Source: an uncultured Collinsella sp. (GTDB lineage: Bacteria > Actinomycetota > Coriobacteriia > Coriobacteriales > Coriobacteriaceae). Taken from it: DNA of 64,000 nt. Below the pieces are notes generated by a model. That model ran no database searches. It was not told the origin of the DNA and worked only from the letters and a program-made list of their open reading frames with translations. Within the stretch, counting starts at the first letter, position 1, and the number at the start of each line of letters is the position of its first letter. The DNA lies in assembly GCA_900540975.1 (NCBI GenBank), contig UQHY01000002.1:7593-71592 (forward strand), in the 5' to 3' direction. The position numbers were made by a program, and so were the translations under genes. Shown here piece by piece: positions 27,934 to 36,746 of the stretch.

Positions 27934-29685
27934 ATGGAAACGATCATCAACGTCGACGATGTCTCGTTCTCCTACGGCACGCAGACCAAGCAGGCGCTTA
28001 AGCATATCTCGCTCGGCGTGAACAGGGGAGATTTTATCGGCATTATCGGGCCTTCGGGTGCCGGCAAGTCCACACTTGCCGCCTGCCTGTCGGGAGCCGT
28101 ACCCCACCATTACACTGGCACGTTCTTTGGCTCCGTCACTGTCGACGGCAACGACACCTGTGAAGTTTCGCTCACCGATGTGTCGCAGATCGTCGGCAGC
28201 GTGTTGCAAGACATCGACACGCAAATGGTCGCCTCGGTCGTCGAGGACGAGATGCTTTTTGGCCTGGAGAACTTTGGCGTTCCGCACGACCAGATCGAGC
28301 AGCGCGTGAGCGAGACGCTCGAGACCGTCGGCATCAGCGACCTGCGCGACCGCGAGATCGCCACCCTCTCAGGCGGCCAAAAGCAAAAGGTTGCCATCGC
28401 CGCCATCCTCGCTATGCGTCCGCGTGTGCTCGTGCTCGACGAACCCACCGCGGCGCTCGACCCCGCCAGCTCCACGCTGGTCTTCGAGACCCTACGCGAG
28501 GCCAACCGTGCACTCGGCATCACCATCGTCGTCGTTGAGCAAAAAGTCGCCCTGCTTTCGGAGTATTGCAACCGCGTGCTCGTGCTCGATCACGGCGAAA
28601 TCGCGCTACAGGGCAAGCCGCACGAGGTCTTCGCGCATACCGATGAGCTCCGCGCCATCGGCGTCGATTGCCCGCGTGTCACGCGCATTTTCAACAGCCT
28701 CGAGGCCGATGGCCTGGCCAGCGGCACTCCCTGTTTGGATGTTGATGAGGCCGAGCGCCTGATTACGGGCATCGTCGACCCCGCACACGCAAGCAGCGAC
28801 ATTCAGGCACCCGCCGGCTCACCGCACGCACCGTCGTTGCGCCCGCACGCCAAGGACGCCGAGCCCGTGCTCACCTTCGATCACGTTGAGTTTGTCTATC
28901 CCAATGGCGGCGCCGCCGTCCACGACCTCAACCTGACCCTCTATCCCGGCGAGCTCGTGGGCATCGTCGGCCAAAACGGTGCCGGCAAGACCACGCTCAC
29001 CAAGCTGCTCACAGGCCTGCTTAAGCCCGCCTCGGGCAGTGTGCGCGTCACGGGACTGGATACCGCAGCCGTCCCCACAAGCCGCATTGCCCGCGAAGTC
29101 GCAACGCTCTTCCAAAACCCCGACCGCCAGATCTGCAAGGACACCGTGCTCGACGAGGTCGCCTTTGGCCTGGAGCTTGCCGGCATCGACCGTGCCGAGG
29201 CGCTGCGTCGCGCCCAGCTCGTCATCGACCGCTTTGGCTTGCCGGCCGACGAGGCACCCTTCTCGCTCTCGCGCGGTCAACGCCAGATGGTGGCGCTTGC
29301 CTCCGTCGTGGTCGCAGAGCCCAAAATCGTGGTACTCGACGAGCCCACGAGCGGCCTTGACTACCGCGAGTGCATGACCGTGATGGAAACGGTGCGTACC
29401 ATGGCAGAGCGCGGTTGCGCCGTCATCATGGTCTGTCACGACATGGAAGTCGTTTCCGACTTTGCCGAGCGCATCGTGGTGATGGCCAACGGTCGCATCC
29501 TCGACCGCGGCCGCACGCACGAACTGTTCTCGAACATCGAACTCATGCAGCAAGCCTACGTTGAGCCACCTCAGGTCATAGAGCTTTCTCGTCGCCTAGC
29601 ATCCTCCGTCTCTCCCGCCTTTGCACAGGTGAGCGAGGTCACCGATATCGTTCGGATTACCGAGGAGATGATCCGCCGTGGTTAA
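27934..29685 (+). CDS. ECF transporter fused double ATPase (A-A')
   Basis: Two Walker A motifs (GPSGAGKST, GQNGAGKTT), LSGGQKQ and LSRGQRQ, two LDEPT. Confidence 0.93.
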   Translation: METIINVDDVSFSYGTQTKQALKHISLGVNRGDFIGIIGPSGAGKSTLAACLSGAVPHHYTGTFFGSVTVDGNDTCEVSLTDVSQIVGSVLQDIDTQMVASVVEDEMLFGLENFGVPHDQIEQRVSETLETVGISDLRDREIATLSGGQKQKVAIAAILAMRPRVLVLDEPTAALDPASSTLVFETLREANRALGITIVVVEQKVALLSEYCNRVLVLDHGEIALQGKPHEVFAHTDELRAIGVDCPRVTRIFNSLEADGLASGTPCLDVDEAERLITGIVDPAHASSDIQAPAGSPHAPSLRPHAKDAEPVLTFDHVEFVYPNGGAAVHDLNLTLYPGELVGIVGQNGAGKTTLTKLLTGLLKPASGSVRVTGLDTAAVPTSRIAREVATLFQNPDRQICKDTVLDEVAFGLELAGIDRAEALRRAQLVIDRFGLPADEAPFSLSRGQRQMVALASVVVAEPKIVVLDEPTSGLDYRECMTVMETVRTMAERGCAVIMVCHDMEVVSDFAERIVVMANGRILDRGRTHELFSNIELMQQAYVEPPQVIELSRRLASSVSPAFAQVSEVTDIVRITEEMIRRG

Positions 29686-30424
29686 CGTCATCGACTACAT
29701 GCCGGGCGACACGCTGTTGCATCGCCTGAACCCGGTCGTCAAACTGGGCCTCGCCGCCGCTATCATCATCGGCATCTTCTTGTCCGACACCTATGTGGCA
29801 TTGTTGGGCTTTTTGGCGCTCACGCTCGCGCTGGGAGCCTACGCCGGCGTCGTCGACCGTCTGTTCACGCTGCTCAAGCTGCTGGCTCCACTCGCGCTCA
29901 TCATGCTGGTGCTGCAGCTGGCTTTTATGCGCGATGGCAATGTGGTGTGGAGCTTTGTCACCGATGAAGGCCTCATCACCGGCTCCAAGGCCTGCCTGCG
30001 CCTGCTGGGTGTGGCACTTCCGCTTATTCTGATGCTCATGGTGACCAAGCTCAACGACCTTGCCAACGCCTGCGTGGAGGTGTTGCACGTGCCGTATCGC
30101 TACGCCTTCACCTTTACCACGGCACTGCGCTTTGTGCCGGTGTTTGGCCAGGAGATGAACGCCATTATGGAGGCACAGACCGCACGCGGCGTCGAGTACG
30201 ACACCAAGAACCCCATCAAGAAGCTTAAGCTCATGCTGCCGCTGTGCGTGCCGCTACTGATCTCGAGCGTGGGTAAAACCGATGCCACGGCCTTGGCGGC
30301 CGAGCAGCGCGGCTTCTACCTGCGCACGCGCGCGAGCTCGTACAAGCGCTACCCCATCAAGGGCCAGGACATTGCCATGCTTATTGTTAGCATTGCCCTC
30401 ATTGTCCTCGGCTTCCTCTTCTAA
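29678..30424 (+). CDS. ecfT: ECF transporter T component
   Basis: LHRLNPVVK, ALRFVP, AQTARG, AAEQRGF. Confidence 0.9.
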   Translation: MVNVIDYMPGDTLLHRLNPVVKLGLAAAIIIGIFLSDTYVALLGFLALTLALGAYAGVVDRLFTLLKLLAPLALIMLVLQLAFMRDGNVVWSFVTDEGLITGSKACLRLLGVALPLILMLMVTKLNDLANACVEVLHVPYRYAFTFTTALRFVPVFGQEMNAIMEAQTARGVEYDTKNPIKKLKLMLPLCVPLLISSVGKTDATALAAEQRGFYLRTRASSYKRYPIKGQDIAMLIVSIALIVLGFLF

Positions 30425-30548
30425 TCCATCGCCATCGGCAACCGACAAATGCAAAAGGCCCCGACTCGCATCAACCGAGCCGAGGCCTTACTGTTTTCCC
30501 AGATAAAACCTACTAAAATTAACCTGTCCCTTTTTGGCAGGTCGAGGG

Positions 30549-31295
30549 CTACAGGCGGTAGGGGGCTCCGCTGCGGATAATAGACTCGCGTACCAGGACG
30601 TCCATAGCGTCGAGAGTGATCTCGGGCATCTCTCGATACTTTTGCAGCACTGAGAGCTCTGTACAGGCCAGGATGACGCGATCGCAGCCGCTGCGGGCGA
30701 ACTCCCACATCACTCGGTCAAACTTGTCCATATCGGGCTCGCGTCCGGCCTTCACGTCATCATAAATCAGCGACATTACATCGGCCTGGCGCTTCTCGCT
30801 GGGATAGACGACCTCGACGCCCGCGGCCTCGCACTCGCACCCATAGACGCCTGCACCCACGGTGCCGTCTGTGCCCATGACGCCGATCTTGCGCACCGGC
30901 TCGGACGGCATGCTCAGGTTGGGATCGAACTCGCACTCCCCCATCACCGCGCCCGCCAGGGCATAGCGCACCGACTCACGCGGCATGTGGATAATCGGCA
31001 CCTTGGTAAACGACTGAATCTGATCGTAGAAGTAGTGCGACGTGTTGCAGGGAATGGCAATGTGCGCGCAGCCCAGCGTCTCGAGCGCCTGAGCGCACTC
31101 CTTCATGGTCGCCAGCAGCTCGGCATGCTCGCCGGTCTTGATGGCCAGCGTACGGTCGGGCATGGTCGACTTGGAGAGCACCACCATGTCGATATGCTCC
31201 TGATCGCAGGCAGCGGCCGTATGACGCACGACCTGGTCGTAGTAATACGACGTGGCCTCGGCGCCCATGCCGCCGATAACTCCCAGCTTTTCCAT
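30549..31295 (-). CDS. Aspartate racemase family protein
   Basis: KLGVIGGMG..AT, DQEHI, PDRT, IPCNTSH, ILACTELS. AAGGAGG RBS. Confidence 0.9.
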   Translation of the reverse strand: MEKLGVIGGMGAEATSYYYDQVVRHTAAACDQEHIDMVVLSKSTMPDRTLAIKTGEHAELLATMKECAQALETLGCAHIAIPCNTSHYFYDQIQSFTKVPIIHMPRESVRYALAGAVMGECEFDPNLSMPSEPVRKIGVMGTDGTVGAGVYGCECEAAGVEVVYPSEKRQADVMSLIYDDVKAGREPDMDKFDRVMWEFARSGCDRVILACTELSVLQKYREMPEITLDAMDVLVRESIIRSGAPYRL

Positions 31296-31379
31296 CGCCG
31301 CCTCCTTGGTGACGCCCATGCAATTGCTCGTATCATGCCCGCGCCCGCCCGATGCAAACCGGGCGGGCGCCGCGCTCAT

Positions 31380-32636
31380 CTACTTGTAATACGTCTTGAA
31401 CAGCTTAAAGTGACGCAGCTTGGTGTGCCACATGCGCAACCAGCGGTTAAAGACAAAATCACCCTTCATAAACGAAGGATCGGCAGCCTTGCCCTCCTTG
31501 GCCAGACGATGCGCCTTCGCACGCAGCTCGGGGTCCTTGACATACTTGTCAACGACGCCCATGGGAACGACCATCCACAGCGCCTCGTCCTGCGCCGTCA
31601 CAAATTCAGGCTCAAACGGGCGGTTGTACACGTACTCATCCACCACGTACTTGGCAACGTTAAAGCCGCTGTTGGTGACGTAGTAGTTACTGCGGCCCTG
31701 ACGCGTGTTGAAGTCGAAGAACTTAAACGAACCATCGCGCTGGTCGTACTTGACGTCGAAGTTGGAGAAGCCCGTAAACTTAAGGTCCTCAAGCAACTTG
31801 CGCACGCCACCCATGAGCTCGTCGTTGGGCTCGGTGATGATGCAGGCATGGTTGCCGACACCATGGGGCTGATGCTCCTCGAGCAGCACGTGACCCAGGC
31901 ACATCATGCGAACCTTGCCGTTGCGGTCGGAATAACTGGTAAGCACGCGCATGTACTCGTCGTTGCCGGGCACGCGATCCTGCAAGATGAGGTCATCGGT
32001 GTAGCCACTGGCGTACACATCGCGAATGACCTGCTCCAGCTCGGCGCGATCGGCAATCTCGTAGGCCTTCTTCTGGCCCTCGAACTCGTGCTCCCACCAC
32101 ATGATGCCGTCAGAGGGCTTCAGAATCATCGGGAAAGGGAAGTCGATCTGGTCGAGCACCTCTGCGGAAGCCTCGCCCTGGGCGTTGAGCATCGCCATGG
32201 TAAAGGTAAACGTGTGCGGATAGGGCACACCGTGCTTCTCGCACAGCTCGTAGAAGATCTCCTTCTTCTGGCACTGCTCGAGCATGCTGTAGGGCGCATA
32301 GGGCGCGATGACGTTGGAGGCAAGCTGGCCGGCATCCTGAGCCTGTGCGGCAAGCGCGACGTAGTTATCACCGCAGCCCATGAGGATAATCTTCTTATCG
32401 GGATTGGCCTGTGCAATGCCGTTGACGGTCTCGATCATGACCGGCATAGTGTCGATATCCACATTGGGCGTATAGTCGATAATCTGGCTGCGGTATGCAG
32501 GACCCGTCTGATACTTGCCAAAGACCAGGCTCTTGACCTGATACTCCTCGTAGAAGGCGCGCGCCATCGAATAGGCGTTGATATCGCCGCCGAGCAGCAC
32601 GGGTATAAACTCGCGCTCTGTAAACTGCAATGCCAT
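31380..32636 (-). CDS. ATP-grasp carboxylate-amine ligase, D-aspartate ligase-like
   Basis: PVLLGGDINAYS.AR.F.E, FP.ILKP, LILQ..VPGND, GHVLLEEH.P..VGNH, FSNFDVKYD.RDG, N.RQGRSNYY; adjacent to the racemase. Confidence 0.85.
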   Translation of the reverse strand: MALQFTEREFIPVLLGGDINAYSMARAFYEEYQVKSLVFGKYQTGPAYRSQIIDYTPNVDIDTMPVMIETVNGIAQANPDKKIILMGCGDNYVALAAQAQDAGQLASNVIAPYAPYSMLEQCQKKEIFYELCEKHGVPYPHTFTFTMAMLNAQGEASAEVLDQIDFPFPMILKPSDGIMWWEHEFEGQKKAYEIADRAELEQVIRDVYASGYTDDLILQDRVPGNDEYMRVLTSYSDRNGKVRMMCLGHVLLEEHQPHGVGNHACIITEPNDELMGGVRKLLEDLKFTGFSNFDVKYDQRDGSFKFFDFNTRQGRSNYYVTNSGFNVAKYVVDEYVYNRPFEPEFVTAQDEALWMVVPMGVVDKYVKDPELRAKAHRLAKEGKAADPSFMKGDFVFNRWLRMWHTKLRHFKLFKTYYK

Positions 32637-32950
32637 GGAAACTTCCTATCATCAACTGCCCGTACGATGGGCGGTCTTTATGCAACTGGTTTATTCTAGC
32701 GTGCCAAACCGCCGCTTCCCAAAGTTCCACCATATCTATGGCAAGCAGGCGCTTATGATCGAGCCCGCCGGGTTCCGTAACGTTAAAGTTGAACTCTATG
32801 GTTTCTTAACAATTCACTATAACTGCAGGTCAAGGCCAAAACCTCAAGTTCAACTTGACCCTTTAGAACCTTTAAGGTTCAAGTTGAGGTCGAAAGCAGT
32901 AGTAGAATACCTTTCGAACTATAACCTACGATTGATTGCAGAGGGACTGG

Positions 32951-34084
32951 ATGCAGCATTCGAACCATCGCACCGCAGCGCTCATCGCGTCGAAGCCGGC
33001 TCGTATCATCACGAGCGCCGCGCTTGCCGTTACACTGACGGCCGCGCCGATGCTCTCCCCCGTCGCAGCCTATGCCGCCTCGCAGGCAACGCAGGATCAG
33101 CTTTCCGCTGCCCAGCAGAAAATCGAAACCGCCACGAGTGCCTACAACGAAGCCCGCACCAAGCTCGAGGATCTGCAGAAGCAAATCGACACTAACGAGG
33201 CAAGCATCGAGAAGATCGAAGCCGAACTTCCCGATCAACAGGCCAAGGCGAGCTCCGCCATGCGCGATCTGTATAAGTACCAGAAGGGCACCAACCCCAT
33301 CGTGAGCTTCCTGGTCAACGCGCAGAGCCTGGGCGAGTTCATCACCACCTGCAAGTACACCAACCAGATCACGAGCTCGAGCGTCGACGAGATCGAAGAG
33401 CTCAACAAGATGCAGACCGAGCTCGAGCAGAACAAGACCGAGCTCGAGCAGGCGAAGTCCCAACTCGAGACCGAGCAGAAAACCGCCGAGGACGCACTGG
33501 CACAGGCCCAGCAGCTTCGCAGCGAAGCCCAGGCAAAGGCCGAGCAGGAGAATGCCGCCGAGCTGGCCAAGCTCGAGGCCGACAAGGCCGCTGCCGCCGA
33601 GAAGCTCTCGGGCGAGGGCGTGAGCGGCAACAACTCCAACAGCCAGGCCAATAACGCCAACACCACTATCGACACCACGGTGAACAACTCCAATACCGGC
33701 AACTCCGATTACGACTCGTTTATCAACGAGTGGACGAGTCGCATCGACAACTACCTCGCCGGCTCCCCCATGGCAGGCCAGGGTTACAACTTTGCCGTGG
33801 CAGCCTGGAACACCGGTGTTGACCCTCGCTGGTCTCCCGCCATCGCCTGCATCGAGAGCAGCAAGGGCCTCTATTGTGCCGGCTCCTATAACGCCTGGGG
33901 CTGGAGCGCCCGCGGCGGCGGCTGGCGGAGCTTTGGTAGCTGGAGCGAGGGCGTCTCTGCCCACGTTGCCTACCTGGGCGCCAACTATGGCTCCACGCTT
34001 ACCCCGGCAGCCGCCAAAAAGTACTGCCCGCCCACGTGGCAGGACTGGTACAACAAGGTTGCAACCCAGATGAACCGCATCTAA
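32951..34084 (+). CDS. Secreted coiled-coil (PcsB/CwlO-like) protein with a lysozyme/glucosaminidase-like C-terminal domain
   Basis: Signal peptide AYA, long coiled coil, N/S linker, then GVDPR.SPAIA.IES..G...NAWGW and KYCPP...W...V..QM. Confidence 0.75.
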   Translation: MQHSNHRTAALIASKPARIITSAALAVTLTAAPMLSPVAAYAASQATQDQLSAAQQKIETATSAYNEARTKLEDLQKQIDTNEASIEKIEAELPDQQAKASSAMRDLYKYQKGTNPIVSFLVNAQSLGEFITTCKYTNQITSSSVDEIEELNKMQTELEQNKTELEQAKSQLETEQKTAEDALAQAQQLRSEAQAKAEQENAAELAKLEADKAAAAEKLSGEGVSGNNSNSQANNANTTIDTTVNNSNTGNSDYDSFINEWTSRIDNYLAGSPMAGQGYNFAVAAWNTGVDPRWSPAIACIESSKGLYCAGSYNAWGWSARGGGWRSFGSWSEGVSAHVAYLGANYGSTLTPAAAKKYCPPTWQDWYNKVATQMNRI

Positions 34085-34094
34085 GATCAACGTC

Positions 34095-34120
34095 AAAGGG
34101 CCCCAATTGGGGCCCTTTTT
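34095..34120. terminator. Bidirectional terminator
   Basis: aaagggcccc-aatt-ggggcccttttt between convergent genes. Confidence 0.8.
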
Positions 34121-34123
34121 CTT

Positions 34124-35524
34124 TTACGCGACGGAGGTATCGACGACGCCAGTCGCGTTTGCAATGGCAACAATGATAATCATTGCCAACAAGAGCACAC
34201 CCATAGCCTTGAGCCAGAGCTTTGCAAGCTTTTTACCGCGGTATCTATCGAGTAGCTCAAACCGCCGGCGAAGGCGGCGTTTGTCGAGCATCACAAAATG
34301 GATGAGCACTACGAGACCGTCGACGAAGATAAAATACTCAATCGCGAGAAACCACATCGGGTAGTTTTGGTTGGCGCCCGTAGGATGAAAAACGGCAAAA
34401 TGGCTTCCGGCAAAGAAAACAAGTAGCGAAAGATAGACGAATGCGTTCCAAATGCGCCCAACGGTGTCGGGAATGCGGGAGAGTAAATTCGGGCGCTCAG
34501 GCACCAACGGCAATCCACCCTGAGACTGATCCGTGGGGAGCACGGGCGCAGGGCACACGGCTCGCCGCTCCGAAGGCTCTTGGAAGGAAGCAGCATTCGG
34601 CGCAGACGACGGCGTCGGTGCGGACAACGCATAGGATGCGCGCGCAGCGTGCCCTAGCGCCTTCGCGTTTGCAAAGCGCTTGTCCGGATCGAGCGCCATC
34701 GCCATGCAAATAACATCGGCAAGCGAGGCGGGGATATCATATGCCTCGCATTGCTCGCGCATGTTCCGACCCGGCTTGGGGTCGGCCCCCGTCAGACAAA
34801 AGAACAGCAGGGCACCGAGCGCATAGACATCGCTGCGCACGCTCGTCTGGCCAAAACCATACTGTTCGGGCGGCGCATAGGGACGCGTGCCAAACTTAAC
34901 GGTATCGGCATCGGCTCCCTCGCGCCACACGCGAGCGATTCCCAAGTCGATAATCACCAGCGATGAAAACGTCATGCCTGTATCGGGCGTATAGCTCGCG
35001 CCCGACACGATGATATTCGAGGGCTTTAGGTCGCGATGGATCACCGGAGCGGCCATCTCCCCCGCCGACGCAAAGCCGGCATGGAGCTCCGCAACTGCAT
35101 CACAAAGGGCGCCAAACAGCTCACAAGCATAATCGGGCGTCGCACCCAAACGCCCCACCAGGGCCCCGAGCGTTTCGCCTTCGATGTATTCCATGACCAC
35201 GCAAAGCTCGTCGCCCACGCGGCGGCAATCGACAATCCGAGGCAAGTGCTCGTAACGTCGCCCAGCATGCTGGGCCGCAAACAGGCGTTCATACGCCCCG
35301 CCAATCTGGGCCGACGCGTCGATGCGCTTGCGAACAAAGGGGCCAAGAGATCCTCCGCCGGAGCCCTCAAAGTACACGAGCTCGGTCGTCTCGACGTCGG
35401 AGTGCTTGAGCACACGGTCTACGCGATAACTGTCATCACGCTCAAGTGACGCCAGGTGTCCGGCGAGCGCAGCAGTCAGCTCATCGTCGGAATATGTTGG
35501 GCTCTGAGTATCCATAGCGTCCAT
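34124..35524 (-). CDS. Hanks-type Ser/Thr protein kinase with C-terminal TM helices
   Basis: VVMEYIEGETL, IHRDLKPSNI, IDLGIAR, GTRPYAPPEQY, SDVYALG. Start uncertain. Confidence 0.9.
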   Translation of the reverse strand: MDAMDTQSPTYSDDELTAALAGHLASLERDDSYRVDRVLKHSDVETTELVYFEGSGGGSLGPFVRKRIDASAQIGGAYERLFAAQHAGRRYEHLPRIVDCRRVGDELCVVMEYIEGETLGALVGRLGATPDYACELFGALCDAVAELHAGFASAGEMAAPVIHRDLKPSNIIVSGASYTPDTGMTFSSLVIIDLGIARVWREGADADTVKFGTRPYAPPEQYGFGQTSVRSDVYALGALLFFCLTGADPKPGRNMREQCEAYDIPASLADVICMAMALDPDKRFANAKALGHAARASYALSAPTPSSAPNAASFQEPSERRAVCPAPVLPTDQSQGGLPLVPERPNLLSRIPDTVGRIWNAFVYLSLLVFFAGSHFAVFHPTGANQNYPMWFLAIEYFIFVDGLVVLIHFVMLDKRRLRRRFELLDRYRGKKLAKLWLKAMGVLLLAMIIIVAIANATGVVDTSVA

Positions 35525-35610
35525 AATAACGCAGGGCACGGACGCCCCATGACGCCCGTGCCCTGCACGTTCTAAATATCGTGAACACCGCTTCCGCCGG
35601 CAGCTAGCTG

Positions 35611-36033
35611 TTAGCTCACCGTCTCTTCACCAAAGCGATACAGCTCCTCGTTCACCTTTTGCAGGCTGCAGCCACGATCGATACAGAAAATGATGATGGC
35701 GTCACGGCGGTCCTTGCAGTTGAGGACATTGACGCCCGCCGCCGTCAAGGCGCGGTTGGTCTCCTTGAGCGTCAGCGCCATGGCAAAGGCAATCTGCAGC
35801 ACCTTATTGCGGCTCGGATGCCGCGCACCGGTAAAGATCTGATAGCCAAACGTCTCGTTGAGGTCGGCCATACGCACCACGCGCGAACGCTCCAGCCCCT
35901 TTTCTTCCAAAAGCTGTTTCAGATACCCCGAAAGCGACGGGGCGGTAAAGTCGTGCTCTTTGATATAGCCCTCGATACTCGGAGCATCGAGCAGCTCGTT
36001 GAGCAACTCTTCGGTTAGCTTCTTATCGGGCAT
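35611..36033 (-). CDS. XRE-like helix-turn-helix protein
   Basis: LS.YL.QLL.EKGL.RS.VVR.A.L....GYQIF.G.R.PSR.KVLQIAFA...RDAII.FC. Confidence 0.75.
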   Translation of the reverse strand: MPDKKLTEELLNELLDAPSIEGYIKEHDFTAPSLSGYLKQLLEEKGLERSRVVRMADLNETFGYQIFTGARHPSRNKVLQIAFAMALTLKETNRALTAAGVNVLNCKDRRDAIIIFCIDRGCSLQKVNEELYRFGEETVS

Positions 36034-36080
36034 ATGGCCTCACCCCCCAGCTCGCATAGTAACCATGTTTTTAATTCTAG

Positions 36081-36524
36081 TTAAAAACCGCTCACGTCAG
36101 AACGTTCCCAGCTGGCAACCTGGTCGGGAGATACCGTGCTCATCGCTTCGAACTTCCAGGTGCCGCCCGCTTTGAGATGGTTGGTGTTCGCAAGAGCCGT
36201 TCCCACCTGATTGCCGTCTACGTCATACAGAACATACTCAATCTGAATGTAGCTTTGCTCTTTATCCGTATTATTGGTCAACGTGCCCGTGATCTTATAC
36301 GCGAACTGATTAGACGTATCCCCGGCCTCATCCGAAACCGTATAGGGTTCTTGTGCCTCTTTTTTCTCCTCGACTTGCTGGGTCTGTTCGGCAGGCTTTG
36401 CTGCATCACCCGTAGACGAATCAGACGAGTTACCGCCCATAGAACCCACGACGCCGGCAACAACGAGCACCACGATGACGCCCAAAACGATCTTGCCGAT
36501 CGGCTTCTTTCCCTCTTTTGCCAT
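36081..36524 (-). CDS. Membrane-anchored FxLYD-domain protein
   Basis: N-terminal TM; ITG.L.NNT....SY.QI.Y.LYD.DG.QVG.A.AN...L..G.TWKF.A. Confidence 0.8.
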   Translation of the reverse strand: MAKEGKKPIGKIVLGVIVVLVVAGVVGSMGGNSSDSSTGDAAKPAEQTQQVEEKKEAQEPYTVSDEAGDTSNQFAYKITGTLTNNTDKEQSYIQIEYVLYDVDGNQVGTALANTNHLKAGGTWKFEAMSTVSPDQVASWERSDVSGF

Positions 36525-36746
36525 TATGCATCCTTCCTACGATCCGGCTACCGTGCCGGCACACAGCACATCGTAGGAGGCAGCGAGCTCAAATTCATTA
36601 GCTGGGAGCTAATGTCGCAGCACAGCTTGCCACCTGGCACTCATTGAGTCTTTTTTCCTTCACCGAACTCATGCCTTTGTTGTTGACTATTAAACATTTA
36701 GACGTAAACTGCTTTGTTACCTTGTCAACATCTGAAAGGAACCTCA

